DNA of 64,000 nucleotides, taken from the NCBI GenBank assembly GCA_965287045.1, contig OZ336885.1, positions 59,148,001-59,212,000 on the forward strand, written 5' to 3'. Under the pieces are notes generated by a model that had not been told where the DNA came from, did not search any database, and was given only the letters and a program-made list of their open reading frames with translations. Source of the stretch: Carcharhinus amblyrhynchos (taxonomy: Eukaryota). Each line of letters begins with the position of its first letter. Position 1 is the first letter of the stretch. Positions 37,321-50,589 of this stretch are shown here, in pieces. Made by a program: the position numbers and the translations under genes.

Positions 37321-38570
37321 AGGCGACATTAGCCCATTCCGCACTTCCAGCCTGCTCCGCCGTTCATCTTGATCATGGCTGATCATCAGAATAAATATCC
37401 CGATCAAGCCTTCACTCCATATCCCTTGATCCCTTTAAATCTAACAGCTATATCTAAAATATTCTTGAAATTACAAAATTGTTTGATCTCAACTATTTTC
37501 TGTCATAATAAATGCCACACATTCACGGTTCTCTGGATGAAGGAATTTCTCCTCACAGTCCCCTAACGTTTTTTCCATACCTTCAAACTATGACGCCAAG
37601 TTCTGGACTCCCGCACCACCGGGAAAATATCTCTGAATCTACCCTTGTGAATGCTGTTAGAAATTTATAGGTTTCTCATTGTTCTGAACCAAAGTAATAA
37701 AATCCTAACCGGCTTAATCTCTACTTATATGACAGATCTGCATTCCAACAATCAGCCTGATAGATCCGTTTTGCATTCCCACTGTTGCAAGGACATCTTT
37801 CCTCAGATCAGGTAATCAAAACTGCGCATAATACCCCAGATGTGGCCTCACCAACCCCCAATAAAATTGCAGGAAAGTATCTCTATTCCGACACTCAAGT
37901 GCTCTCGCTGTGAAGCCTACAGATAACTTACCTTATTTGCTGACCATTCTAAATGCCTGCCTTTGCCTGTCCACTGCCCTTCTTTTCAGTAATACGTCTT
38001 AATCCATCATAGCCAATTCATGTTGATAAGATCGTTGTTATCTTTGTTAAGCTGATGGACCCTGGTCTCAGAATTAATGACATCATTATTCACCTTAACC
38101 AACAATTGTATCATTTTATGTTCAAAAAGCCCCGAGGGTTGCTATTCTCAACGTTGCCAGTACAGTTTGATGGTCTGTATACTAGCCTAACCCAAATGTA
38201 TTGTGCCCTTTGGTGTTTCTTATCATGACTCATGCAGATTCCACATTGTAAGTGCTGATATCTTTCCTCAATTTTGTATCAATATCTTCTTTAATCAACA
38301 GTGCAACTCCATCAGCGTTTTCTTTCTGTCTGCCTTCCACATCACTGAAGAACCCTCAGTGTTGCACTACCATGGTCACCTTGGAACCATGTTTCAGGAA
38401 TGCCAACTATACCCTTCCCTTTTATATTTAACGACTTCAATTTTCCCCAAATGCTCCAAGCATCCATGAACAAAACCTTAAGTTGAGTCCTTTCAACGTC
38501 CCTTGTCGCGTTCTTATAGTTCACTGACTCCTCCACTCATTAATCTCTCAAAGGATATCGAAAGCTCACT
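37320..38570 (-). mobile_element. CR1 LINE fragments (3' end, RT C-terminus, endonuclease remnant)
   Basis: 3' UTR gatcatggctgatcatc; tgtggcctcacca (LVRPHL); LFMDAWSIWGK..VGIPETW. Confidence 0.85.
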
Positions 38571-39019
38571 GATGTGAACACACCAGAAAGCCCCCATATT
38601 TGCCGACACTCAGAGCAGGCAAAATAAATTCCCATCTCCTACAATAATGGAAACTCTCTTTCCCTCTCTTATTTCTCCTCCAATCACAAAGTCTATCCCT
38701 TAAGATGCACCACGTGTGTGTGAGGAGCATGTCATTGGTGCAGAAGAGTTGCAGCAGCATCACCTCACAGTGCATCTGCCTCTAACGTTTGTAGATGGTT
38801 GTTCTCTTCGGTTGCCTCCATTATCCAAAATGCATGACTTTGGAGATTTTTGATTGAAAATCTGTCTGGTTTTGAGGAAGGACAGGGTATAAGGAATCCA
38901 GAGAAGCCGGTTCTGTTTGAACGCATTGTTACATGGGAGGGAGGGTGAATGAGAAAATGAGGGAGGCGGTATGTGTCATAGACAAGTGAAAGGTGGGCTG
39001 GAGTAGGCAGGAAGGATTT

Positions 39020-40020
39020 CAAGAAGGGAGTGGAAAGATGTGTTGATCAAATTATATGAGGGAGGGAGAGGAATAAGGGATATGGGGGAATGTAAGACGG
39101 CGTGAGCATTGGGGTGGATGTACCCTGTAAGGATTGGAATACGTTGCATATGGGGGTATGAAAATTATCTGGAAGTTAGGACATAACGGACTGGAATGGC
39201 GGAGTGACTGACGTGGTATGAATGAGGGAGAATAACGGATCTAGCAGGTGACACAACGTGGGATATATTGAGGCCATGGTGTGGGCAGAGCGAAGGCGGA
39301 GTTTAATATCGTGGAAGGAGCGTTTTGCAGAGAGGAAATGGAATGGGAGGGACCTGAGCTATTGTGAAGGTATGAGAAGATGAAAATATGAGGCAGGTAC
39401 CTTCAGGAGAGAAATAGTTATGAGAGAAGGAAGGGTTTGGACAGTGAGGAACAATGATGGTTGGAGAAAATGATGATACAGTTATGGTGTTATGCATTTC
39501 TGGAGAAAAAGAGCTTCAGGGAAACAAGGAAAATGTTCCAGGGAGGAATAATTGTAATGGAGGCATACGAGTGTTCTAGAGATAAAAAAAGGGTGATATC
39601 GGAATGGAGGGTGGGTGAGGAAAGGAGAAGAGGGAGTCAGGGATTTTTATGATTGAGTAGGCCACACAACAGGCAATGCAGCAACGTGAAAGTGAGAAAT
39701 GGTGCTGGAGGACTGGATTTTGTAGACAAAATGTAATGTTGGATGGAGTGGCATACTGAGGCATTTAAGTAGGGCGGAAGGTGCGACAGTGAAGATGTTG
39801 AAGAGTTACAGGCATGCTGGAGGTTGGCATTTGATGGGAAGGGGGCAGATGACGGAGGTAGGTGTTTGTACAAATTGACGAGGTTAATATGAGTTAGGAT
39901 TTTGTGTGATGGGGTGACCTTGAAGGTGGGAGCTTTATGAGAGAGCAAATTTATACGATGCAGTAGAGGTATGAAGGAGGGTGCATCGTTGGAGAGGTTA
40001 AGAAGTGTTAAGGACATAGG
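39020..40020. repeat. Purine-rich, C-poor low-complexity tract (decayed tandem repeat)
   Basis: Recurrent ggagg, gggat and gaagg motifs; no clean unit resolved. Confidence 0.5.
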
Positions 40021-40339
40021 TTCCATCATTTTGACTCCATGTTTTGCTATGGAGCGAAAAGAATTGTGGACTGTCGAAGTTGTTATCCTGTTTATTTTCT
40101 CAGTTGGGTGAAGACCCACAGTTGCCATTGGGCATGTTCCCAATCCGCCCTGACACTATAGCAGCACACCATGTTCTGTGCTCTATTACCAGTGTGATAG
40201 GCCCCACTCCAAATTTATAATAATGACTGACTGAACATGCTTTGCAATAACAGCAACAAGACCCTACACGACTATTTTACCATGGCGACAGGCGCCGCCC
40301 CATTTGGAGACCTGAAATATAACTAGAACCTCCTAGAAA

Positions 40340-40950
40340 CTCAGAGTTGCTCAGTACCTCATAATCATGACATTAATTTGCACTATAATTCAACTAATTT
40401 AACACGAAACACAGGGATATATTTTGATTTATTTCACCTTATAACATCTAGAGAACGGACACAGATGGACAGAATTGGTACCCTGGCAAACCTTCGATTT
40501 CCACTACATTACTGCGTTCCAGATACTGGTGGCAGGTAATTGTTTGAATATCAAACATGTTCTCATGTACGTTTACATTAAGCGAATGATTTTGTTCCAG
40601 GTAATGGATCCACCCAGAAAACGTTTATCCTGGAGGTTCACCTAATCTTTGTGACTGCATGACTGTCCTCCTACTATTCTGATCTGTTCTGACATTTTAC
40701 TGGCCTTGCTCGACTCTGCAGGCTTCCCAGTTTCCTTCAGAGATCTCATACAATTGAAAGGGGCCTGGAGATGTACAATGCTCACTGATGTTAAGCTTAC
40801 TGTTCACAAAACGTTTTATTGTTCAGAACGTTAGCCATAACGCTTTCTACTTCTATTTCATTTAATATCCCCATATCGAATGGAAAAATCGGATTTAAGG
40901 AATTTTAGCACATGTTGCAAGTGCTCTATGAACTTTGTCTGGGTCCTTGT
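40340..40950 (+). pseudogene. Candidate decayed CD2/SLAM-like receptor (signal, IgV, IgC2)
   Basis: YLIIMTLICTIIQLI; GNCLNIKHV; GSTQKTFILEVH (V-domain G strand); PPTIL, SEISYN*KG, HKTFYC / QNVSHN (C2). Requires several frameshifts. Confidence 0.35.
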
Positions 40951-41320
40951 ACGGTGGCACAATGATCAGAACATCTGGATCACAGCGCCAGGGAACGGGG
41001 TTCAACTCCGGTCTTTGGTGATTGTGTGCTTGGGTTTAGCACATCCTTCACATGCCTGAGTGACTTTCTTCTGAGTGTTCCGCTTTCCTCCCACATCCAT
41101 AAAAATTTGCAGATTTCCTAGAATGGCTATGATAACTTGTCCATTACTGTCCAAGTTTGGAAATTCTGTTTGATTAGCCATGTTAAATGTAAATTGTTAT
41201 GGGGCAAGAGCTTTGGGGAGGGCGAGAGGGATCGGGGAGGGTTGAGTAATGTGCTGTTTCGGAAAGCTAGTACAGAGAATATTCCCCATTGGCACTGTTG
41301 GAATACAATTAATATTCGCG
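40945..41320 (+). mobile_element. tRNA-derived SINE
   Basis: acggtggcacaatg..cacagcgccaggga..ggttcaactcc head. Confidence 0.8.
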
Positions 41321-41439
41321 TTTGACTAGCATGAAGGCCAAAGCACAAATAACTTCATAACACCTTTCAGTATTTTAACTTGGACCATTAAAATGTCATT
41401 TTGTATAATAGATACCATCAATAAATGGATGACTTTTTT

Positions 41440-42690
41440 TTCATATTCACTTGTAGGACATGGGTGTCGTTGGCTGGCCAGCATTTATTGCCCATTCCTA
41501 GTTGCCATCGAGAAGGTGCTTGTGTGCTGCCTTCTTAAATCGCTCCAGTCCATGTTCTGTGGGTGGACCCACGATGCCGTTAGGGAGGACATTCCAGGAT
41601 TTTTATTCAGGGACTGCTAAGGAACGGCAATGCAGTTCCAAGTCAGGACAGTGAGTGGCTTAGAGGGGAACTTACAAGTGGTGGTGTTCCCATTTACCTG
41701 CTGCCCTTGTCTTCTAGATTGAAGTGGTCGTAGGTTTGGAGGGTGCTGTCTGAGGATCTTTGCTGAGTTGCTGCAGTGCAGCTTGTAGATAGTGCACACT
41801 GCTGCTACTCAGCGTCAGTAGTGGAGGGATTGAATGTTTCTGGATATGGTGCCAATGAAGCGTGCTGCTTTGTGCTGGGTGATGCTAAACTTCTTGAATG
41901 TTGTGGGAGCTGCATCCATCCAAGCAAGTGGGGAATATTCCATCACACTCCTGACTTGTGCTTTGTAGATGGTGGATAGCCTTTGGGGAGTTAGGAAATG
42001 ATGTATTTGCCACAGGATTCCTAGCTTCTGACCTGCTCTTGCAGCTACTGTGTTTATGTAGTGAATCCAGTTGAGCGTCCAGTCAATGGTAACCCCAAGG
42101 ATGTGGACAGTGGAGGGTTCAGTGACGTTACACCATTGAATGTTAAGGGGTGGTGGTTAAAGTGCCTCATATTGTCCACACCATTCTCGACTGAATGTGG
42201 AAGGACTGCAGAGTTTAGATCTAATTAGTTGGCTTTGGGATCGCTTAGCTCTATCTATCAATTGCTTTGTTTAACATTTTGCATGCAAGTAGTTCTATTT
42301 AATAGCTTCAAAAGATTGATACCTCATTTTTAGGTATGCGTGGCTCCTGGAATGTCCTCCTGCACTCTGCATTGAACCAGAGTTGATCCCCTGGCCTGGT
42401 GGTAATGGTTGAGTGGGGAATATGCTGAGCAGTGAGGTCGCAGATTGTGCTGGAGTACAATTCCGCTGCTGTTGATGGCCCAGAGGACCTCATGGATGCC
42501 CAGTCTTGAGTTGTTAGATCCGTTCGAAGCCTGTCCCATTTAGCACGGCAATAGTGCTAAGTTATTCTCAAAGTGAAGGCGGGACTTCGTCTCCACAAGG
42601 ACTGTATGATGGTCACTATTACCAATACTGTCATGGCCAGATGCACCTGCAGCTGGCAGATTGGAAAGGATAAGGTCAAGTATGTTATTT
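41440..42690 (-). mobile_element. L2/Crack-like LINE pieces (3' end and endonuclease-RT linker)
   Basis: TRGNNILDLILSNLPAAGASGHDSIGNSDHHTVLV; HIPHSTITTRPGDQLWFNAECRR; 3' tail shared with 45750-46290. Confidence 0.85.
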
Positions 42691-42699
42691 CCTCTCGTT

Positions 42700-43810
42700 C
42701 GTTCCTTCATTAGCCCTTTGAGCCTGCTCTGCCATTCAATTTGATCATGGCTGATCATCAGCTTCAATACCCTGAGTTCCCCCTTGCCTCCATATCTCTT
42801 AATCCATTTCACCAGTAGAGCTATACCCAGTTTCTTCTTGAAACCATACAACGCAATGGCCTCAACTGCATTCTGCGGTAATGAATTCCACACATTCACC
42901 ATCCTCTGTGTGACGAGGATTGTGAAAGCATTAATTGATCCTCAACTCAGTTATAAAATAACTTATCCTCAATCTAGGCATCCTAATTCTGGACTTCCCC
43001 ACCATTAGGAACATTCTTTAACAATTTTCCCGATCCAACCCTCTTAGAGTGTTATAATTTTCTGTGAGATCCACTCTCACACTCATAAACTGCGGGGAAT
43101 ATTATCACAACCGACCTAATCTTTTTTCGTATGATCGACCTGACATCCGAGGAATCAGTCAAGTAAACATTTCCTCTAGTTCCCCCATTTTTTAATTCAT
43201 TCATGGAGGAATAGGCATTGCTGGATGGCTAGCATTTATTGCCCATTTTTAGTTGCCCGAGGGCAGTTAAAAGTCAACCACTTTGCTGTAGATCTGGAGT
43301 CACATGTAGGCCAGACTGGGGAAGGACAGCAGATTCCTTCCTTAAAATACATCAGTAAACGAGATGGGTTTTATTCAGCAATGCATAATGGTTTCATAGT
43401 CATCAGTAGATTCTCAGTTTCAGATATTCTTCACTGAATTCAAATTCCACCAACTGCCACGGTGGGATTCAAACCCGAGTCCGCGGAGCATTAGCTCAGT
43501 TTCTGGATTAATAGTCTAGTGATAATACCGCTAAGCCATCGCCTCCCCTCCCCTCCTTTATATCAAGGACAGCTTTCCTCAGATAAGGACAAGGATACCA
43601 AAACTGCACAAAATACTCCAGATGTGGCCTCACCAACCCCCAGTACTGTTCCAGAAGAACACCCCCATCACTTTGCTCAAATCCTCGTGCTATTAATGCC
43701 AACGTACAATTTGCCTAATGTACTGCCTGTTGTATCCGCTCTTGTGCTTTCAGTGATTAATGCACGAGGGCACCAAAATCTCACTGAGTACCCAGTTGTC
43801 TCAATTTACG
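42700..43810 (-). mobile_element. CR1 LINE 3' part with a nested SINE (~43190-43545)
   Basis: VNVWNSLPQNAVEA; LVRPHLEYFVQFW. Confidence 0.88.
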
Positions 43811-43869
43811 TACTCCTGCTTCCAACGTTCACCAACGTCGCTCGAAATCACCGTCATTAGCCAACTTGG

Positions 43870-45030
43870 TCAACAGGGAGTGCCTGCCTTTGCTGGGGCG
43901 TAGTTCGAGTGAAGAGAGTGGGGTGAAGAAGAGATGCGGTGGACCACACCTGAATTCATGGGTGGATCTTGAACTATGGTATGGGGGTTACCTCGTTTGG
44001 AATGTGGTCTCAATATAGGCAAGGAGAGAGGTGCTGTTGGCTCCAGTGTCCTATTCGTAAATATGCTGATGGGTATACAGGCGGTGTGAGTGGGCTTTGC
44101 CTGAACTAGAAACACGCCATGGTGTCCCCCACCCCGCCACTAGGTCCAAGTCTCTTTGTTAACTAGTAGAACGATGGGGTGATGAGGAGGAAGACATAAG
44201 AAGATGCGGAGCCGAAGTGGTATTAAGATCTATAATCTGATCACTACTCCCAGCGAATCATTTTTATAAGAAAAACAAATGAAACAAAAAATGTGTCTGA
44301 AAAACAAAACACATTGGTCTTTCAGTAATATCACACGTGATAATGTAATGGCATTAACTACGGTTTCTTGATTCACCGCTTTGCCGTTGACTTCTTTGTA
44401 GATCAAAAGCCTATTTAGTTTGAGCTTGGATATATTGAAACACTCTGTCTTTAATTCTAGAACCTTAGAATTCCTACAGTGCTGAAGGAGGCAATTCACT
44501 CATCGAGTCTGCACTGATGCTGATTGAGCATCACACCCAGACCCTATCCCTGTAATCCCACGTATTCACCGTTCTATCCACATGACTTCTGCATCTTGGG
44601 ACACTAATCCATCAAACTTCACGCCTTTGGGCTGTGGGGGGAAATCAGAGTTTAACTGAGAGACACTTTATTGTGAATCATTGTGAACCTTTGTTCTAAT
44701 TTCACCATGAAGGGAAACGCTGCCAAAACTTCTACTATTTAAAACCGCCATCAAAGATTACGTATTGAAATAAGATCATACTCATTATTGGAAATCTCGA
44801 TGTGGAAATGACCAAACTCCTCAATATTTTGTCATGCAGCAGACTTACATTGCGTAAGTCGCCCTCATTCAACTTTGCAAAACTGTGTAACTCCAGAAAT
44901 ATTGAGTGTAAAAATATGTACATATTTTAGGTGTTGTCTGGTCATTGTCCAGCACATCCAGAATTTTCAAATCCAACCGCCTTTCAGCGACAGTAGACAT
45001 TCCACGTGCCTTCCTGCTGTATGTTCCGGA
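43870..45030 (-). pseudogene. Candidate decayed CD2/SLAM-like receptor (IgV, IgC2, TM, tail), split by a SINE at ~44460-44660
   Basis: KLNEGDLRNVSLL / NIEEFGHFHIEISNNEYDLI (V strands D-G); YKEVNGKAVNQETVVNAITLSRV..DQC (C2); ILIPLRLRIFLC / VFLLIT / IVLLVNK (TM). Confidence 0.38.
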
Positions 45031-45129
45031 CTCACTTAGAAGGAGGGCTGAGTATGAGAGAGGTATGAGAGTGGGAGAGTGAAGAGAGTATGAGAGGCTG
45101 GTGTATGCTGAGAGAAGTGCTCGTTACAC

Positions 45130-45395
45130 AGCCGAATGGGTTCTTCTGTACTCGTAGGGATGCGATGATACTTGGTACCCAAAACAACGGCGGAGCTACT
45201 CTTCGTTTTCACTGAAGTCATGCTGAGACAAACTAATTGGAATTATATCCCAATGTGTTTCTTGGACATCAATCCGGTCATCAGTGTAACGTATAGTGCA
45301 ACTATACACTGCTCTGTCCGATTGACCGTCAATTTTACCTTTGACAGATCCGTGGCCGTGTGTTGCCAAAAGCGGGAAACACGACATTGCAGCTG
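45130..45395 (+). pseudogene. GPR139-like pseudogene fragment (TM2-TM3)
   Basis: YLVPKTTAELLFVFTEVMLRQ..FLDINPV..CSVRLTVNFTFDRSVAVCCQKRETRHC aligns with YLMSMAVADLL..SVWLTVAFTLDRFIAICCQKFKARYC of 31648-32528; truncated after TM3. Confidence 0.85.
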
Positions 45396-45749
45396 TTTCC
45401 CTCGAAAAAAAAAGTATTCTATTCTTTCTTTTTAAAAAAAGCGTCATTTTCATTTAACAAATGAACCCAGAATCTAGTCGATCAGTATACAGTGGAGGGG
45501 GACTGCTTATCAAAGATAACATTAGTGCAAATTTAAAGATGTCTTCGGTTCAGGAAGTCAAGATATAAAATGTTTTTGGGTGGAAATGGAGAAAACTGTG
45601 GAATTAAGTCGCTAAATTCATTGTTGGAATGAATGGGCAACAATAAATGTTGGATGCTTGGGATAAAGAGATGGCAATAATCATTGACGATTTTAAACTC
45701 CATATGAACGTGATTACTAAAATTGTCAGTACCAGCTGGTGAAGAGTTC

Positions 45750-46295
45750 ATAGAATATTTCAGACTGATCAGCATCTTCCAGGCACAAGTCGGGGATGTA
45801 ATGGGATAATCTCCACCTGCCTGCATGAGCGATGCTCACAACATATATGAAGTTTGACACTATCCGCGCCAAAACAGCCATGTCATTGCTACCCATTTCA
45901 GAAGCACTCACTCCACTCACCGACGAACAGTAGCAGCCGTGCGTAACATCTCGGAGGGGCATTGCATGAATTCGCCAATTCTGTTCAGGCAGCGCCTTCC
46001 AAGCCCATGACCAGTACCATCTAGGAGGGTAAAAACCTCAGTTACGTCATCACTTGGCAGTTCCCCATCAAAACATTCACCGCCCTGACTTGGAAATATA
46101 TCGCTATTCCTTCACTGTGGCTGGATCAAAGTCGAGAAATTCCCTCCCTAATTACACTATGAAAGCACCTGGAACTCAGCGACTGCAGCTATTGAATAAG
46201 GCAGCTCATCACCACACTTTGAAGTACAACTGGAGATGGGCAATAAATTCTGGACTCGCCAGCGACGCCTGCAACTCATGAAATGAATAAAAGTA
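45750..46295 (+). mobile_element. L2/Crack-like LINE 3' end
   Basis: cctgacttggaaatatatcgctattccttcactgt..gcagctcatcaccacactt..gggcaataaat tail. Confidence 0.8.
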
Positions 46296-46389
46296 TGTCA
46301 GCCTTATTGATGTATTCCCTAGATTGGTCTTTCACTTCATTGCAGGAGGCCCTTAGTTAAATGCAATAAAGTCATGTTACACATAGTCT

Positions 46390-46712
46390 CAGAATCATAG
46401 ATTCATAGTATCCCGACAGTGCAGAAGGAGGTCATTCGGCCCATCGAGCCTGCACCAACCGCAATCGCAACCAGTCCTATCCCTGTAACTCTAAATATTT
46501 ACCCAGCTAATCTCACTGACCTACACATCTTTGGACTGTGGGAGTACACCGGTATAGCCAGAGCAGATCCACACAGACACGAGGAGAACGTTCAAACTCC
46601 ACACAGACAGTGACCATGCCGTGAATTGAACCCGGGCCCCTGGGACAGTGAGGTAGCAGTGCTAACCAGTGTGCCACTGGTGAGGCAGCAGTGCTAACCA
46701 GTGTGCCACTGG
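46390..46712 (-). mobile_element. HE1/V-SINE-type SINE with a 32-bp tandem duplication in its head
   Basis: tgaggtagcagtgctaaccagtgtgccactgg (46649-46680) is repeated at 46681-46712 with one mismatch. Confidence 0.9.
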
Positions 46713-47769
46713 TTTTAAAGTCTAGTGACATTGTGGTCGTTGGTACCATTGTGCGACTTCACTTCGAGGTCATATCTTAATCCTGTCACATTATCCAATA
46801 CTATGTTTAATATAATGTATTCAGTAGTTGCTTCCTGAATTGGCTCTTCTCAGAATCTGTCTGGAACATCCTCTGTCCTCAGTAGGCTAATAATGCCTCA
46901 TTGATTATTTCACTTCATATAGAGATTAAAATCTCCAATGATTATTTCCAACCCTTCATCACAAACATTCAATTTTGATTATTGCCTATTTTTCCTTTGC
47001 CGTTACTATTAACGGCCTGAAGGCCAATGCAATTGGTGGATTCTTTCCACTATCGTTCATCCTTTCCTCCCAAAAATGCCTATAGACTGACCTATTGAAC
47101 AGGAGACATCTATAACTATTGCACTAATACCTACTGAGGGAATGAACAGCTTCTTCCCTGTTGGAGTTTCATGTTTCTGTATAAGCATTTAAAACACACT
47201 CCATGCTGCTGACTACGCCTTGTGGGATCTTGATGTGCAACTGAGGATTTTTTGTCTTATGGGAGATAGAGAGATTGAGACGGAGAGGAGGCGGAGATAG
47301 AGAAACAGCGATAGAGAGGCAGATAAATTGAGAGGGAAAGAGAGAGAGATATATGGGAAGACATAGACAGGTTAAATTTAGAGTGGGAGAGTCAGAGAGA
47401 GCGGGGAAGGGGGGACCAGGGAATGAGAGGGGAAACATTCACAGCAAGCAGCTGGGGACATTATATTGAGTCCTTCAATTCAACATAAATTAATTCATTT
47501 TAAGCTCAAACCTAACGTTACAGCCGGCTGTGTCTCCGTTTGGATAGTTATTTTGCCCAGAATCCCTATATTGTGACTTCAGTTCAGGGCAGCAAATTCT
47601 ACGCTAGGGCCGAAAATAAGACTGCTTAACTCTTGAACAAAACAGTACAGGGATATGATGTTGAAACGCTGTGACTGATCATGGATGATCAGATAAAGAG
47701 CAGAAAACTTGTGAATGAACCGTATCATGGGGTGAAGGAGTGATATTATTGCTTTTTTTTTGGATTCAA

Positions 47770-50212
47770 GGTGACGCCGAAGTGTGGTGACTCCTTGCGA
47801 GCTGAGTCCAGCATACCCTTTAATTCTAATTTTTAATCTCGCTCTACGCTTTTAAAACTATATTCTAATTTATTTAAACTAACCACCAATATACCATTAC
47901 TCTCGTACATATCTGGAGATCCTCAGAATCCTTGCGACACCTGACCTGAAACTGATCCTCCACTCCCGCCGAAACCACCGGCCAGGACACTATCTGTGGG
48001 GCAGTGGCCCTCACTCCCTCGGCCTCTGCCGACTGCGACGAACAGTCCAGCAAGTCTGGGGCCTTTCCACCAGCCCGCAACCCCTCTGACCCAGACAGCT
48101 GCGATCTTCTGCAGATTTCAAGAACAAAGCTCCTCCCAACCCTCTTCCCCAAACTGTCCTTCTACAAATGCGGCACATACGTAAAAAAAACCTCCCACTG
48201 CCGAAAAAATACTAACACCGCTCTTTCAAATTTACTTGCAGGTTAAGAGTTCAGGCCCCGACCTGGCAGTGACCCAGAGGACTCTATCACATGGACTAGG
48301 CCAATGGCTAATCTACAACCACTATACCAGAGATGCCAGAAATTTACTGGCCTTCGATCCATCCACTCTGGAGTGTGGTCTGGAGACGCTCTGACCTCCA
48401 AATCCAAACTGCAGGCACCGGTGACTGAAAAGCAGGACCGCGCTGAACCATCTACGAATGGATGAACCACAGACAAAGCGAGGAATCTTTCATCCGCACA
48501 CCGACCAACGCAAAGACCCTCATTGGACACACTTATACCTTTACTAACACATAGTACTGTCACCGTTTGCCAGGCACTAAATGAAGCAGTCACTCCAGGA
48601 AGCGTGGGAAATGTGTAGGCCTGCAGGTGACGATGAAACAACGTTGTCCCAAACCCCCTTCCTCAGCTTACAGCTGGCAAATGTCCAACTTCTGGAAAAG
48701 AAGCTAAATGAACTTAAAACCAGAATAATTTCTGAAACTGAACTGAGAGATTGTTATGTATTCTGTTTCACGGAAACATGGCTCAGCCTGCTTCACTAGA
48801 CTATACTACAACCAGAAAGGTTATCAATGCCACGAATTATTCTGGTCTCCCAGGCTGCCTGGATTCATTAAAGTTCGCCTATGGCCAAAACAGGACAACA
48901 GCAAACCACATGTCCCTGGCACTACACTTAACCCTGGAAAACCCGCATAACAAAGACACCCATGATAGACACCTACTAAGTGACAACAGTTTCGTCTTCA
49001 ACAGCATGACTCCTTCAGAACTCCACTGCAAATTCCATCATCTGGATCCAGAATTTTGTGAAAAAAAACCCACAATCAGTAAGGATAGACAACAAAACCT
49101 TATCCACGAACATCCTCAACATCGGTGCTCCACAAGGCTGTATTCTCAGCCTCTAACTACGCTCTTTTTTCACCCATGACTGTACGGCCTAATTCCCCTC
49201 CAACTCGATTGTTATGTTTACTGACGACACCACCATACTGAGTCCGATAAAAGTCAATGATACGACAGAATACAGGAAAGAGAGAATCTGGTGAACTGGG
49301 ACGACGACAATAACCTTTCCTTCAATTGCAGCAAAGTGTAGGATAATCATCGACTGCAGGAAGCGTAGTGGAGGATATGCACCTATCAACATCAAGAGGG
49401 ATGAACTGGAACTTGTCGGGACATCAGGTTTCAACGTGCCTATTCCACCAACAATCTGCCCTGTCCTTCCACATCGACGCTAGGGTTCAGAAAGCCCAAC
49501 AACCTCTTTACTTCCTCAGGAGGCTAAAGCAATTTGGAATGCCAGTTACGATTCTCGCCATCTTTTACAGATGCACCGTGGGAAACATACTTTCTGGTTG
49601 TATCAGTGCTTGGAATGGCTCCATTTCTGTCCAGAACCACAGGAAACTACAAAGGGTCATGAACGAAGCCTAATACATCACACAAACCAGTCTCCTATCC
49701 ACTGACTGCACTATTCTCCCCTGAATCTGGCTACATTAGGGGTACCATTCACATACACACGGGGCAGGGTAGGTGTAGGAAAATGCTTTCTTGAAATGGC
49801 GGCGTGGGCTCGTTGGGCCGAAGGGCCTGTTTCCCGTGCTGGGTTGTTCTTTGTTCTTGTTCTTTGTTCTTTGTTGACTCTGCGTATACTTCCCGATGCC
49901 TCATAAAAATGGTCAGAATAATCAACCACTCCACACAATCCGAACATACTGTCCTCCATCTTCACGCATCGCAAAAGTGATGTAGCAACCAAATTAGAAG
50001 TTTTTTATCCGTGCTGCCATCAGACTTTTGAATCGATCTACGTCATTTTAAGTTGAACTCCCTGAGTACCCTAGCTATGACTGTAACATTACAGCCTGCA
50101 CTCTCTCCTTTCCTTCTCCGTGAGCAGTACACTTTGCATGTATAGCGTGCAAGAAGCATTCTTTTCTCTGAGAACTAATGCATGTGCCAATAATAAATCA
50201 AATCAAATCAAA
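47770..50212 (+). mobile_element. Rex1/Babar-type LINE retaining both ends, internally deleted, with an antisense SINE fragment at ~49740-49875
   Basis: LANVQLLEKKLNELKTRI..RDCYVFCFTETWL (endonuclease start); LDSLKFAYGQNRT..SLALH (RT); KAQQPLYFLRRLKQFG..FYRCTVGNILSGCISAW; tail aataaatcaaatcaaatcaaa. Confidence 0.9.
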
Positions 50213-50589
50213 TTCTAGATTCTGTATGTGCAAACACTGCACTGGACCATCTCAGTTACTACAACCTGGGCCTTGCATGATTACGCACAGCTCGAGTGAG
50301 TTCTGACCCCGGGAGTGACAGTTGCCTGAATACGCATTCTATCTTATGGTAACATTAAATTACCACCTGTAGTCAGCATATCAGCATATTCAAACCATCA
50401 TTTGCAGAAAGTGTGTTGGTTACATTGTATGAATGAGGTTGCTGAAATGTCAGCATTATTTAGGAAATTGGCAAACTAATTTCAAAAAAAGAGAGATATA
50501 GATGCAGAGCCACAGAGACACGGAAGAATAATGCATTTGTGCTGTAACGATATAGAACTGACAGTGAGGCACACTCCCGAGATTTGCAA

